From Myxococcales bacterium (lineage in GTDB: Bacteria; Myxococcota_A; UBA9042): a stretch of 23,396 bases of DNA. Location: assembly GCA_037441385.1 (NCBI GenBank), contig JBBISH010000102.1:1-23396 (forward strand), read 5' to 3'. The position numbers and the translations under genes are program-made. The notes beneath the pieces are model-generated. The model was not told the DNA's origin and did not search any database. It saw only the letters and a list, made by a program, of their open reading frames with translations. Numbering within the stretch: position 1 is the stretch's first letter; every line of letters starts with the position of its first letter. Positions 1 to 9,034 of the stretch are shown here, one piece after another.

Positions 1-770
1 GTGCTCTTCCGATCTGTGACCTGGGTCGGACTGCCGAGCGCCCACGCGGCACCCAATGTCAAATCCGCCCATGATGCCGCGGACGTGGCCGAAGCTACCG
101 AACTGGTCGAACTGGCGCGGCGCCGCTTCAAAGAAGGCCAGTTTGAGGTCGCCGCCAAGCTTTTCCGGCGCTGCTTCGAACTGACGGGCAAGCCGGCGAT
201 GCTGTTCAACGTCGCTCGCGCCCACGAGGAAGCCGGCCAGAAAGCCTTGGCGATCCAGGCATTTCGCGACTACCTGGCCGTGTCGACCGATGCCGCGGGC
301 CGGGAAGAGGCGCGTGCCCACATCGAGTGCTGCAGGACGCAAAGCCCCGCCCAACCGACCCTGTGCCTGGCAAAACCCAGGGCAGCGGCAAGAGCGGCAC
401 GGACATTGCCAGCACCGCGCCTGCACCGGGTTCCTCCAGGGCCGCTGGCTGGGGATTGTTGATCGGAGGCACTGCCGTAGCCCTAGCGGGTGGCGCAGTG
501 TATGCCACAGGAGTGGCTGCCGACGGCGCACTGCAGGGCGATCTTGCGCGTCGCGATCCGGCCGGCCGAGTCATCGGCGTGAGTCGGGCGGACACCCTCA
601 GCCGCATCGACAGCATTGGCAACCGCGAGACGGCTGGAGCCATTCTCGGCGCGGTCGGTCTGGCGGGCATCGCCACGGGTATTGCGCTTTTGTTGCAGGA
701 CCGGCCGGCCCAGAGTAGCTGGATGGTCACTCCGGCAGGTACCGGCTTTGCGCTCTCGGCGAGGTTTTGA
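1..770 (+). pseudogene. TPR-domain exported protein (5' partial), split by a single-base frameshift at ~327
   Basis: Frame 1 gives TPR helices (ARRRFKEGQFEVAAKLFRRCFELTGKPAMLFNVARAHEEAG...AIQAFRDYL). The 327..770 frame gives a linker, two Gly-rich hydrophobic segments and a C-terminal ...GFALSARF. Adding one G at atc-gag-(g)tg-ctg joins them (HIE-VLQDAK). Could be a sequencing error. Confidence 0.75.
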
Positions 771-2203
771 TGCACAGCCTGTGCCACTGGACATTCGCGC
801 TACTGACGCTGCTCGCCGCGTGCAACGCCAACGAGTCCGCTGACGCATTCACATTCGCTTGCGCGAACACGGCGCAATGCGGACTCGGTTACGTGTGCAC
901 CGACGGTGTTTGCGCGCGGCAAGGCGCGGTCCAGAATCAAGACGCCCAAACGCCTGCAGACCAGCATCAGGCCCCCGCAGACGGCGACGGCGAGGACGCC
1001 GGCAGCGTCGACGCCCCAGGTTTGGATTACGCGACTGTGCTCGATGCACCGACAGAAATCGACGTGGACAATCCGCCTGACGCGGACGCAACGGCCCCGG
1101 ATTCGGCTCTCCTCGACTCCGCAGTCCCAGACGCCGCCGCGGCGGATGCGATCGGCCCCGATGGCGCCGACGCTGCTGTCGATCCGAACGATGCTTCGCC
1201 GCCGCAGGACTTTGGACCGACTTGCAGCCCCGCGACCTGTGACGACCAGAACCCCTGCACCCAGAATCTGTGCAACGCCGATGGGAGTTGCGCCAACCCG
1301 CCCATCTCCGGTGGTTGCGACGATGGCAATCCATGCACGGTGAGCGACGCCTGCTCGGGCGGAAGCTGCACCGGGGTCGCGAAGGATTGCAGCGGTTCAA
1401 GCGATGCGTGCCACAGCGGCGAATGCCAGTCGGGCGCATGCGTGAAGGTGGTCAAGGCCTTCGGCCCCTGCAACGATGGCGACCCCTGCACCAGCAACGA
1501 CACGTGCAGCGCCAGTGGCGTGTGCGCCGGCTCGGGCTCCTGCGATCCGTGCACCCTCTATTGTGCCAATGCCGGTCTTGGCGCCTGCGTCAGCGGCAAG
1601 TGCGTGGTCGATTGCGCCACCCACGACTGCAGTTCGGCCAGCGCCTGCCCAAGTGCGGTGCCCTGCAAGCTAGACTGCAGCGGTGCCGGCACCTGCCAGG
1701 GCAAGATCGCTTGCAGCGCTTCGGCCTGCGACATCAGTTGCACTGGCAGTGGCGCCTGCGGCGGCGGCGTCAGCCTGTCGGCCTCCAGCGGCACGTTGAC
1801 CTGCGGCGCGGGGGCGTGCAAAGGCAAGATTACGTTGAGCGGCACCAGCGCCGAATTGACCTGCACGGGCCTGGATGCCTGTGCCGCGAGCATCGCCGTG
1901 TCGGCGTCCAATGCCGGCGTGACCTGCAATGGCACCAACAGTTGCAGCGGCGCCATCACCTTCAGTGCCTCAAACGATTCGTTGATCTGCAGTGGCCCGA
2001 GCAGTTGCGCCGGCGATATCACCAGCTCCGGCTCCAACTTCGACGCGGTCTGCTCCGGCAACGGCAGTTGCGCCGGCAACGTGACCTTGTCCGGCACCAA
2101 CGCCAATGCCACCTGTTCGGGTCAACTCGCCTGCCTCGGCGGGGTGTGCTGCAAGACCTCAAGCTGCAGCGTCTCGCCGGCCGGCAAGGCGAGCTGTCCG
2201 TAG
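770..2203 (+). CDS. Cys-rich lipoprotein with CDDxNPCT repeats and a C-terminal 21-aa Cys/Ser/Gly tandem repeat
   Basis: ATG overlaps the upstream stop (TGATG). Lipobox LLAAC, Asp/Ala-rich linker, three C(D/N)DxxPCTxxxC repeats, then CxGxxxCxGxIxxS repeats. Confidence 0.85.
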   Translation: MHSLCHWTFALLTLLAACNANESADAFTFACANTAQCGLGYVCTDGVCARQGAVQNQDAQTPADQHQAPADGDGEDAGSVDAPGLDYATVLDAPTEIDVDNPPDADATAPDSALLDSAVPDAAAADAIGPDGADAAVDPNDASPPQDFGPTCSPATCDDQNPCTQNLCNADGSCANPPISGGCDDGNPCTVSDACSGGSCTGVAKDCSGSSDACHSGECQSGACVKVVKAFGPCNDGDPCTSNDTCSASGVCAGSGSCDPCTLYCANAGLGACVSGKCVVDCATHDCSSASACPSAVPCKLDCSGAGTCQGKIACSASACDISCTGSGACGGGVSLSASSGTLTCGAGACKGKITLSGTSAELTCTGLDACAASIAVSASNAGVTCNGTNSCSGAITFSASNDSLICSGPSSCAGDITSSGSNFDAVCSGNGSCAGNVTLSGTNANATCSGQLACLGGVCCKTSSCSVSPAGKASCP

Positions 2204-2236
2204 GCGCAGTTGTCCACCCTCTGGCAGAGGGACTTG

Positions 2237-2330
2237 TGCGAAATCCGAATGATTCGTCTCGTCAACCTTGGCAATTCCTCGGGTGGCGAGCCGGGGTCCC
2301 CGGCGGATTCTCGGCGGCTGCACAACGGGG
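2237..2330 (+). repeat. Degenerate partial copy of MITE family A
   Basis: tgcgaaatccgaatgattcg...ggcaattcctcggg...ccggggtccccggcggattctcggcggctgca aligns to the 5' two-thirds of the 132-bp element. Confidence 0.65.
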
Positions 2331-2513
2331 CACGACGGCCTCGTGGCCACCGGCGGCAACTTGGCAGCAACTTGGGGGGCATTCTCTGAGCCCTGGTCCG
2401 CTTGGGGCCTGCGCAAACTCAGGGGGCATGGGCGAGCGCGCGACCCTTGCGCGACGCCGGCCGGCACCGTACCCTGCGCGCCGGCGCCCCCCGCCGCGCC
2501 ACGGAGGATCGCA

Positions 2514-3287
2514 ATGAAGTTGGCTCCACTGTTGATGATTTGCTCTCTGCTGCCACTGGCCCGCCCCGCCGTGGCCGCCGATACTCCGGCCGAGGCTGAG
2601 GCCAAAGTGCGCGCCCAGTACGGCGACGCCTTCATGGACGACGTCAAGGCCCTCAAGGCCGCTGAGAAGGACGGCTACGTCCAGGGCGTCAAGACCTGCC
2701 TCAAGGTGTATGCCGGGGCCGTGGACCGCGACAAGCAAAATGCCGGCAAGTCCGAGGCCGAGTTGCATAAAGCCGGAGTCGCCCAAGAATGGCGCGCCTG
2801 CACGGCCACTTGCGGCAAGAACCTGCCCGCGGCCACGCCGGCCAGCGTTCGCCCCATCGCCGCGCGCTACGAGGCGATCTGCAAGCAGAAGGCGGGGGCC
2901 CTCGACGCGGTCGACCACATCAAGCGGTTCCGCGCCGCCATGGCCAAGGTGCCCAGTGCCCACGGCGCCTTGGACCTCATGTACATCGTCGCCGAGGCCA
3001 AGGGCGCGCTCAACCAGGCCAAAGAAGGCGCAGGCGAGTCTACATACCCTGTTGAAAGCAAAGAGTTAGCTCAGGTCGAGGCCGACCACAAAGCCGAGTT
3101 GGCCAAGGCCCGCAAGTTCGCCGCACGCCCAGATGTGGTCGAGCTCGAGCAGCAGCGCAACCACTTGCGGGCCAAGATCGAGGACTACCAGAAACTTGGG
3201 ATGACCAAGCAGGCCGAACAGGCCAAGGAAGATCTCCGCCACGTGGACATGAAGTGGGCGGCGCTGGCCAAAGAAGCAGGGCTGTAG
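2514..3287 (+). CDS. Secreted hypothetical helical protein
   Basis: GGAGG RBS before the ATG at 2514, signal peptide MKLAPLLMICSLLPLARPAVAA, strong GC3 bias, coiled-coil-like C-terminus. Confidence 0.8.
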   Translation: MKLAPLLMICSLLPLARPAVAADTPAEAEAKVRAQYGDAFMDDVKALKAAEKDGYVQGVKTCLKVYAGAVDRDKQNAGKSEAELHKAGVAQEWRACTATCGKNLPAATPASVRPIAARYEAICKQKAGALDAVDHIKRFRAAMAKVPSAHGALDLMYIVAEAKGALNQAKEGAGESTYPVESKELAQVEADHKAELAKARKFAARPDVVELEQQRNHLRAKIEDYQKLGMTKQAEQAKEDLRHVDMKWAALAKEAGL

Positions 3288-3633
3288 GCGCGGCGCGTGG
3301 GCTGGCCGCGGAACTCTGGCGACCTCTGAAGTGGCGACACGGAAAAGCTCAGCAAAACAGCGCATTGTCTGCATAGTGTTTGACGGGCTTGCTGTGCTGC
3401 GTTACAGGCATCACTGGACCGGGGTGTGCAGGCGCGGGCAGCCAAGACCAATCTCCAGATAGAGACGGCCAAGGGGGGCGCGTGGCCCCTTGGGAGCCCG
3501 ACGTGCGACGGCCAGCATGGGCGCCTGCTTCGACGTGACGGTCTTTGCAGACGCCGTTTGCCGGCTGGGCGCGTGGAACTGGCCAAACGATCATTGCGCT
3601 GCTACGCAGGCCAGCGCACGCAAGGAGGACAGC

Positions 3634-4416
3634 GTGGGAATCGAGTTGGAGCCAAAGCCGAAACCGCAGACCAAACCCAATGCCGCCGCCGAGGCACTGC
3701 CCAGCTGGAAGAAGGCTGTGCGGCCCGGCAGCAACTACGCCGAGGCGCGCGAAGCGCTTTCGCCCAACGGCAAGCCCACCCTTGGCGCCCACCGTGGCAG
3801 CGCTCCTTCGGGCCCCACCTCGGCGCCGGCGTCGGGCGTCCGCATCGGCGGCCACCGCGAGCGCCAATCGCCCGTTGCGACCACGACCGGTGCCGTCGCG
3901 TCGGGTGTCGGCCCTGCCACCAGTCAGGCCCACGGCGTGGCATCGGGCACGACCAAGGCCCAGGTGCCGCAAGCCGGTGAGATCATTGCGGGGTCGCAGG
4001 CCAAGACGACCGAGCTGAATCGAGCCGCGAGCCAATCGCCCTCCGGCTCCGCCAACAGCCACGGCGCGATCGAGGCCAAGGGGCGGTTCGAAGGCGGGGC
4101 CCAGCCCCAGCAGACCAAGAAAGGCAACAAGTTCATGGCTATGGCCCAGTTACTGACCAAGGCGAGCGAGCCCACATCGGGACCCAAGTCGCAGCGCCCC
4201 GAAGACTACACGGATCCCCATGTATGGGCGGCCGTGCTGGTGCCCGACGACGACCGGCAATACCGGAGCATCGTAGAGAATCTGCGGCACAAACACCGCG
4301 ACAACGGCACCGTGGGGAGCATCAACGCCGCTTGGGAGGCCGGTCAGGCCCGCCTGGAGCTGGCCAAAGAGCGCTGGGCCAAACACCCCGACCACGCCAA
4401 GCGGCAGGTCATCTAG
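3634..4416 (+). CDS. Hypothetical protein with a low-complexity N-terminal half
   Basis: AAGGAGG RBS directly before the in-frame GTG at 3634 within ORF 3490..4416; genome-like codon bias. Confidence 0.65.
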   Translation: MGIELEPKPKPQTKPNAAAEALPSWKKAVRPGSNYAEAREALSPNGKPTLGAHRGSAPSGPTSAPASGVRIGGHRERQSPVATTTGAVASGVGPATSQAHGVASGTTKAQVPQAGEIIAGSQAKTTELNRAASQSPSGSANSHGAIEAKGRFEGGAQPQQTKKGNKFMAMAQLLTKASEPTSGPKSQRPEDYTDPHVWAAVLVPDDDRQYRSIVENLRHKHRDNGTVGSINAAWEAGQARLELAKERWAKHPDHAKRQVI

Positions 4417-4726
4417 AGACTAGACGAATTCGTGCGTTGCGGTGACCTGGGTTGTGTTGGCCGATGCGGCCGACCCGCGGGTAGACGTTGGGCGAATGGG
4501 CCCGTCGCCGTTTGCGCAGGATCTGCTCGCCACTGGCGCGGCTGGTCCGATCGAACCCAGGGCACTTTCGGCTGGCGTGATGTTCGGCCACGCCGCCAAT
4601 CCGCTGCGCACTCGCGACGAGCGGGTCGTGCCCACCAAGGAATACGCAGAGATGACGGCCCAAGGGCCACTGCACGTGCACGCCGCGGCCCTGGCGCGAC
4701 TGTACGAAACCGTGCACGCACACTCA

Positions 4727-4804
4727 TGCGGAATCCGTCTGAATCGGCTCGAAAACTCCGGCAATGCTCCAAGCCCGAACCGGGGTCCCCGCCTGATTCT
4801 CGCC
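4727..4804 (+). repeat. 5' part of MITE family A
   Basis: tgcggaatccgtctgaatcggctcgaaaactc...cccgaaccggggtccccgcctgattctcgcc; preceded by TCA, diverges after 4804. Confidence 0.8.
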
Positions 4805-5020
4805 AGAACCACCGAAACTCACGCCGTATCGGAGCAAGATAGCCAGAACTCGAGCAGGCCCGACCGGTTCGGCACTCCCACGCTCAACGTGTACCCAAAT
4901 TCTGGCGGCGCCAAATGACGCGCCGCGCCAAGTCGCACAGGACGGCAGTGCTGCAGGGCTTTCGATCAAGTCTGGGGTGCGCGCCAGGATCCACCGCCGA
5001 AATTCGTCCCGGCCGCCGAT

Positions 5021-5080
5021 CCCCGCTGAGAAGCAGTCCACTGGACTGCTTTTCTGGCCTGCGGCCACCACGGGGACCCC
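5021..5080 (-). repeat. Family D micro-element, copy 1
   Basis: Absent from the other B copy; contains hairpins aagcagtcc-act-ggactgctt and tggcc-tgc-ggcca inside a ccccg/cgggg outer stem. Confidence 0.7.
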
Positions 5081-5145
5081 TGGATGCAAATCAAGGCGCA
5101 AGGAGCGGAGCGACTGAGGCGACCTAGCGGTCGCCGCAGGGAGAA

Positions 5146-5206
5146 GGGCCCCAGCGGTCGCCCGAAGGGTGAACGGGTCGCCCCAGTGGGGCAACCCGTA
5201 GCTGGG
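5146..5206 (+). repeat. Family D micro-element, copy 2
   Basis: Absent from the other B copy; cccagc/gctggg outer stem, ccc-gaa-ggg hairpin, cgggtcgcccc-agt-ggggcaacccg hairpin. Confidence 0.7.
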
Positions 5207-5397
5207 ACGACGCAGCAACGCCGAGTTGCGCCCTAAGCGGCGGATCGGGGGCGCGTGCCTTTACTTGCGCCACGGGGGCAACAGGCGTAACGTCGCCGCG
5301 ACCCTCGGGCTTGGCGACGCGATCCCAAGCCGCGTGGCCCGATGCGCCAGCCGTGGCGCGGCGAGGCTCTCGTGCTCTCTAGCGTACTGCCCACATA

Positions 5398-5529
5398 TAC
5401 CAATTCCGTCCGAATCGGATCGAAAACTCGGGCAATTCTTCGGGCCCGAACCGGGGTCCCCGCCTGATTCTCGCCAGTTGCAGAACGGGTCAGAAAGGCT
5501 GTACAGGCGCGAATCAGGTGGGGTGCGGA
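5398..5529 (+). mobile_element. Full-length MITE family A (132 bp)
   Basis: Collinear with 19825..19956 and with the reverse complement of 17774..17905. Confidence 0.85.
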
Positions 5530-5535
5530 TTAGAC

Positions 5536-7476
5536 ATGGAAGTCACGTGGCTGTTCGGGACTAGCTTGGCGGCGCTGACCGCGGCCATGACGGTGGCGCG
5601 TGCCCGTCCCAACCTGAGCGTGTATGCCCTGGCGATCGCGGCCGCGAGCTTGCTGGGCGCCGCGCTCACGGCCCTTGCCACTGCCATTACCTGGGATTTG
5701 CAGTTGCCGGGCTCGCTGGGCGGCCAGCCCATGCACCTGCAGCTCGATCCCCTTGGCGCGCTGTTCATGGCGGTCGTGGCAGTGGTCGGCGGCGCAGGCG
5801 CCTGGTATGCGCGCGGCTATTGGTCGCACGCAGAGCGCGGCGATTCCTCTGTAGCTGGGCGGCGTTGGTGGGCAGTGTTCATGGCCAGCCTGGTGTGGGT
5901 CATCTTGGCTCGCAACGGCCTGCACTTCTTGCTGGGCTGGGAGTTGTTCAGCGTCGCGGCCTACTTCCTGGTCTCGCTCGACAGCGAGGACGCCGAGGCC
6001 CGCCGCGCCGCCTGGCTGTATTTGGCCGCCTCGCACCTCACTACCGCCGTGCTCTTCGGCTTGTTCGCCGCGCTGGCCAACCTGACCGGCAGCTGGGAGC
6101 TGGGGCCGGTTCGCGATCCGCGGGCCAGTGGCTTGTTTTGGCTAGGTCTTTTGGCCTTTGGCGTCAAGGGCGCCACGTGGCCCGGTCATGTGTGGCTGCC
6201 CAGCGCCCACGCCAACGCACCCAGCCACGTGTCGGCGCTGCTGAGCGGCGCGGCCATCAAAATCGGCATGTACGGCCTCTATCGCCTGACCGAATGGCTG
6301 CCGCTGCCCAACTCAGCAGGTTGGGTCATCGCCGGCTTGGGCGTCACCAGCGGCGTGCTGGGCGTGGCTTTTGCGCTGGCACAGCATGACCTCAAGCGAC
6401 TTCTGGCCTACCACAGCGTCGAGAACATCGGCATCATCTTGATCGGCTTGGGCTTTGGCATCGTCGCCCGCCAGCACGGCCACCCGGCATGGGGCACCCT
6501 GCTGGTGGTCGGGTCGCTACTGCACGTCTGGAACCACGCGCTGTTCAAAGCATTGTTGTTTCTGGGCGCCGGAGCGATTCACCATGCCACGGGCACGCGC
6601 GTCATGAGTCAGCTGGGCGGTTTGTGGCGCGGGATGCCGGCGACGAGCGCCCTGTTTGCCCTGGCGGCCATGGCGATTGCTGGCTTGCCGCCGCTGAACG
6701 GCTTTGTCAGTGAACTACTGATCTACATTGGGCTTTTTGACGAATTCGCCGCCGGTCAGAGCGCCTATGCTGCTGCCGGGGGCGCGGTGCTGCTGGGTTT
6801 GACGGGTGCGCTGGCGCTGGCCTGTTTCGCCAAGGTCGTCGGGGTGGTCCTGCTCGGCTCGCCGCGTTCGCCCGCCGCCGAACATGCCCACGAGGCCGGC
6901 AGGGATCTGCTGCAGGCGATGGGAGTTCTAGCCAGTTTGTGCGCAATTATTGGCCTGTTGCCGGGCGCCGTTTGGCCGCTGGTCGCAACCGCGGCGGGCC
7001 AGTGGTACGGGCTGGCGCCGCAGCCCACTCCGCAGCTGTTGACGCACCTGGGCACGCTGCACGTGGCCCTGGCGGCGGCGGGAGTGACCGCCGGGGTCGT
7101 GCTGTGGAAGCGCCTGTCGCGCATGGGGTTCCGCCGAGCGCCCACCTGGGATTGCGGGTACGCCGCGCCCACGCCGCGCATGCAGTACACCGCCGGCTCG
7201 TTCGCCCGCATCATGACCGAGTGGTTTCGCTGGATTTTGCGCCCCGAGTGCCACGCCGCGCCACTCAGCGCCCCCTTTGCCGCGCCCGCGCACGCCGACG
7301 AGCACACGCCCGAGACCGTGTTGAAGCTGGCGATCGAACCCACGGCGGGCGCCTTGCTGTGGCTGGCCGACCTTGCCCGGCGCCTGCAGCATGGCCGCGT
7401 GCAAGCCTATGTGCTGTATGTATTGATCGGCGTCGCCTTTATCGCGGCGCTCGCCATCTACGGCGGTGGGCCATGA
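5536..7476 (+). CDS. hyfB: Ehr/hydrogenase-4 component B-like antiporter subunit (NuoL/MrpA-D family)
   Basis: WELFSVAAYFLV, KGATWPGHVWLPSAHANAPSHVSALLSG, DLKRLLAYHSVENIG, HALFKALLFLGAG, TWDCGYAAPTPRMQYT motifs. Confidence 0.92.
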   Translation: MEVTWLFGTSLAALTAAMTVARARPNLSVYALAIAAASLLGAALTALATAITWDLQLPGSLGGQPMHLQLDPLGALFMAVVAVVGGAGAWYARGYWSHAERGDSSVAGRRWWAVFMASLVWVILARNGLHFLLGWELFSVAAYFLVSLDSEDAEARRAAWLYLAASHLTTAVLFGLFAALANLTGSWELGPVRDPRASGLFWLGLLAFGVKGATWPGHVWLPSAHANAPSHVSALLSGAAIKIGMYGLYRLTEWLPLPNSAGWVIAGLGVTSGVLGVAFALAQHDLKRLLAYHSVENIGIILIGLGFGIVARQHGHPAWGTLLVVGSLLHVWNHALFKALLFLGAGAIHHATGTRVMSQLGGLWRGMPATSALFALAAMAIAGLPPLNGFVSELLIYIGLFDEFAAGQSAYAAAGGAVLLGLTGALALACFAKVVGVVLLGSPRSPAAEHAHEAGRDLLQAMGVLASLCAIIGLLPGAVWPLVATAAGQWYGLAPQPTPQLLTHLGTLHVALAAAGVTAGVVLWKRLSRMGFRRAPTWDCGYAAPTPRMQYTAGSFARIMTEWFRWILRPECHAAPLSAPFAAPAHADEHTPETVLKLAIEPTAGALLWLADLARRLQHGRVQAYVLYVLIGVAFIAALAIYGGGP

Positions 7477-8396
7477 TCGACGACGCCTTCGGGCTAGCCG
7501 AACTGGTCGGCCGGGCGCTGCTTTGGGCGCTGCTCGCGCCGCTGGTGCCGGGCATCGTGGGCCGCACCAAGGCGCTGATCGCAGGTCGGCGTGGTCCGCC
7601 GGTTCTCCAGTTGTATTACGACCTTGCGCGCCTCTGGCACAAGGAGGTCGTTTGGTCGCAAGTGGCCTCGCCCGTGCATGTGCTGGCCCCGGCGGTGGCG
7701 TGGGTGGCGGTGCTTGGGGCGGCGCTGCTGCTTCCGGTGGGCCGCCCGCATGGCGGGGTCGATCTGCCGGGCGGAGCGCTGATCCTGGTGTACTTGCTGG
7801 CGCTGGCGCGCTTTGCCACGGCGACGGCGGCGATGGACACGGGCTCGGCCTTTGAGGGCATGGGCGCGGCCCGCGAAGTCAGCTATGCGGTACTCAGCGA
7901 AGTTGCCATCATTACCGGACTTTTGGCGTTAGGCGTCCGCGGCGGCTCGGCCTCGCTGCCCACGATGCTGGCGGCGTCGGGCGGCGTTGGCGCAGCGCTG
8001 TTGGCGGCGGGGCTCTTCACCGTGCTGCTGGCCGAGAATTGCCGAGTGCCCTTCGACGATCCCAACACCCACCTGGAGCTGACGATGGTCCACGAGGTGA
8101 TGGTGCTGGATCACAGCGGCCCGCCGTTGGCGGTGATCCTGCACGGCGCGGCGCTAAAACTCACGCTTTTCGCGGTGTTGCTGGTGCAGGCCGTAGTGCC
8201 GCTGGGCCGGTTGGCGCCCTGGCCAGCACTGGGCCTTGTGGCTGCAGCGGTACTGGCGGTCGCCGTGGCGGTGGGCCTGGTCGAGTCGCTGGTAGCCCGT
8301 CTGGCCTTCCGGCGGGTGCCGTTGCTGCTCACTACGGCGTTTCTGCTCAACCTTTTTGCCCTTCTCGTCGAAGTCGAGGGCGGACAGCTGCCATGA
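7473..8396 (+). CDS. hyfC: Ehr/hydrogenase-4 component C-like membrane subunit (NuoH/HycD family)
   Basis: GRRGPPVLQLYYDLARL, SAFEGMGAARE, AENCRVPFDDPNTHLELTMVHE; ATGA overlap with the upstream gene. Confidence 0.92.
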   Translation: MIDDAFGLAELVGRALLWALLAPLVPGIVGRTKALIAGRRGPPVLQLYYDLARLWHKEVVWSQVASPVHVLAPAVAWVAVLGAALLLPVGRPHGGVDLPGGALILVYLLALARFATATAAMDTGSAFEGMGAAREVSYAVLSEVAIITGLLALGVRGGSASLPTMLAASGGVGAALLAAGLFTVLLAENCRVPFDDPNTHLELTMVHEVMVLDHSGPPLAVILHGAALKLTLFAVLLVQAVVPLGRLAPWPALGLVAAAVLAVAVAVGLVESLVARLAFRRVPLLLTTAFLLNLFALLVEVEGGQLP

Positions 8397-9034
8397 CCGG
8401 GACCGTCAACCTGCTCATCGGCATCGCCGCCGGCCTGAACTTGATGGCGCTGGCCAGCAGTCGCCTGCCCTCGATGATCCGGGCGGCCGCGTTGCAGGGC
8501 CTGGTGCTCGGCGTGCTGCCCCTGCTCATCGAGACGGAGTGGACGCCGCTGTTGCTCCTCACCGCCATCGGCACGGCCGCCGCCAAAGGCTTCGTCATAC
8601 CCACCTTATTACGTAGGGCGATCCGCGCTGCCGCTATCGACCGCGAGGTCGAGCCGCTCATCGGCTTTGTGCCGTCGCTCTTGCTGGGGGCCTTGGCGAC
8701 GATTTTGGCTATGATGTTCGCTCGTTTGCTGCCCATGCGCCCTGAGCACACTGGTACGCTCTTGTTGCCCGGCGCGTTCGCTACCGTGGCCTGCGGCGCG
8801 CTGCTGATCATGGTCCGCAGCAAGGCCATCTCCCAGGTCTGTGGTTACCTGGTGCTCGAAAATGGCGTGTATCTACTTGGCCTTCTGCTGCTCGGCTCTA
8901 CGCCGCTGCTGGTCGAGGCCGGCATCCTGCTCGATCTCACCGTGGCGATTTTCGTCATCGGCATCGTGGTCGACCGCATTCAACGGGCGTTCGACTCGCT
9001 TGACACCCGCAACCTGACGGAGCTGCACGAATGA
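8393..9034 (+). CDS. hyfE: Ehr/hydrogenase-4 component E-like membrane subunit
   Basis: KAISQVCGYLVLENG...PLLVEAGILLD...FDSLDTRNLTELHE; ATGA overlaps at both ends. Confidence 0.9.
   Translation: MTGTVNLLIGIAAGLNLMALASSRLPSMIRAAALQGLVLGVLPLLIETEWTPLLLLTAIGTAAAKGFVIPTLLRRAIRAAAIDREVEPLIGFVPSLLLGALATILAMMFARLLPMRPEHTGTLLLPGAFATVACGALLIMVRSKAISQVCGYLVLENGVYLLGLLLLGSTPLLVEAGILLDLTVAIFVIGIVVDRIQRAFDSLDTRNLTELHE

Larger units (their letters stand above)
5006..5251 (+). mobile_element. Family B TIR element (129-bp core) carrying two nested ~58-bp D insertions
   Basis: Matches 17724..17987 (ggatgcaaatcaaggcgcaaggagcggag...gactgaggcgacctagcggtcgccgcagggaga...gcaacgccgagttgcgccc...gcggcggatcgggg). Removing the insertions leaves 129 bp in both copies. 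Confidence 0.8.

Noticed and set aside
4413..4426. Tandem CTAG (ctagagactagac) as an IS footprint
   Set aside because: Too short to distinguish from chance, and no element ends are nearby.
4442..4918. 158-aa ORF after the 3634 gene
   Set aside because: No RBS or recognisable domain, and its 3' part is translated MITE A; it may be a gene remnant but I cannot support it.
5021..5206. D elements as tRNA fragments
   Set aside because: Only two internal arms with triloops; no T-loop (TTCG), anticodon loop or CCA end.
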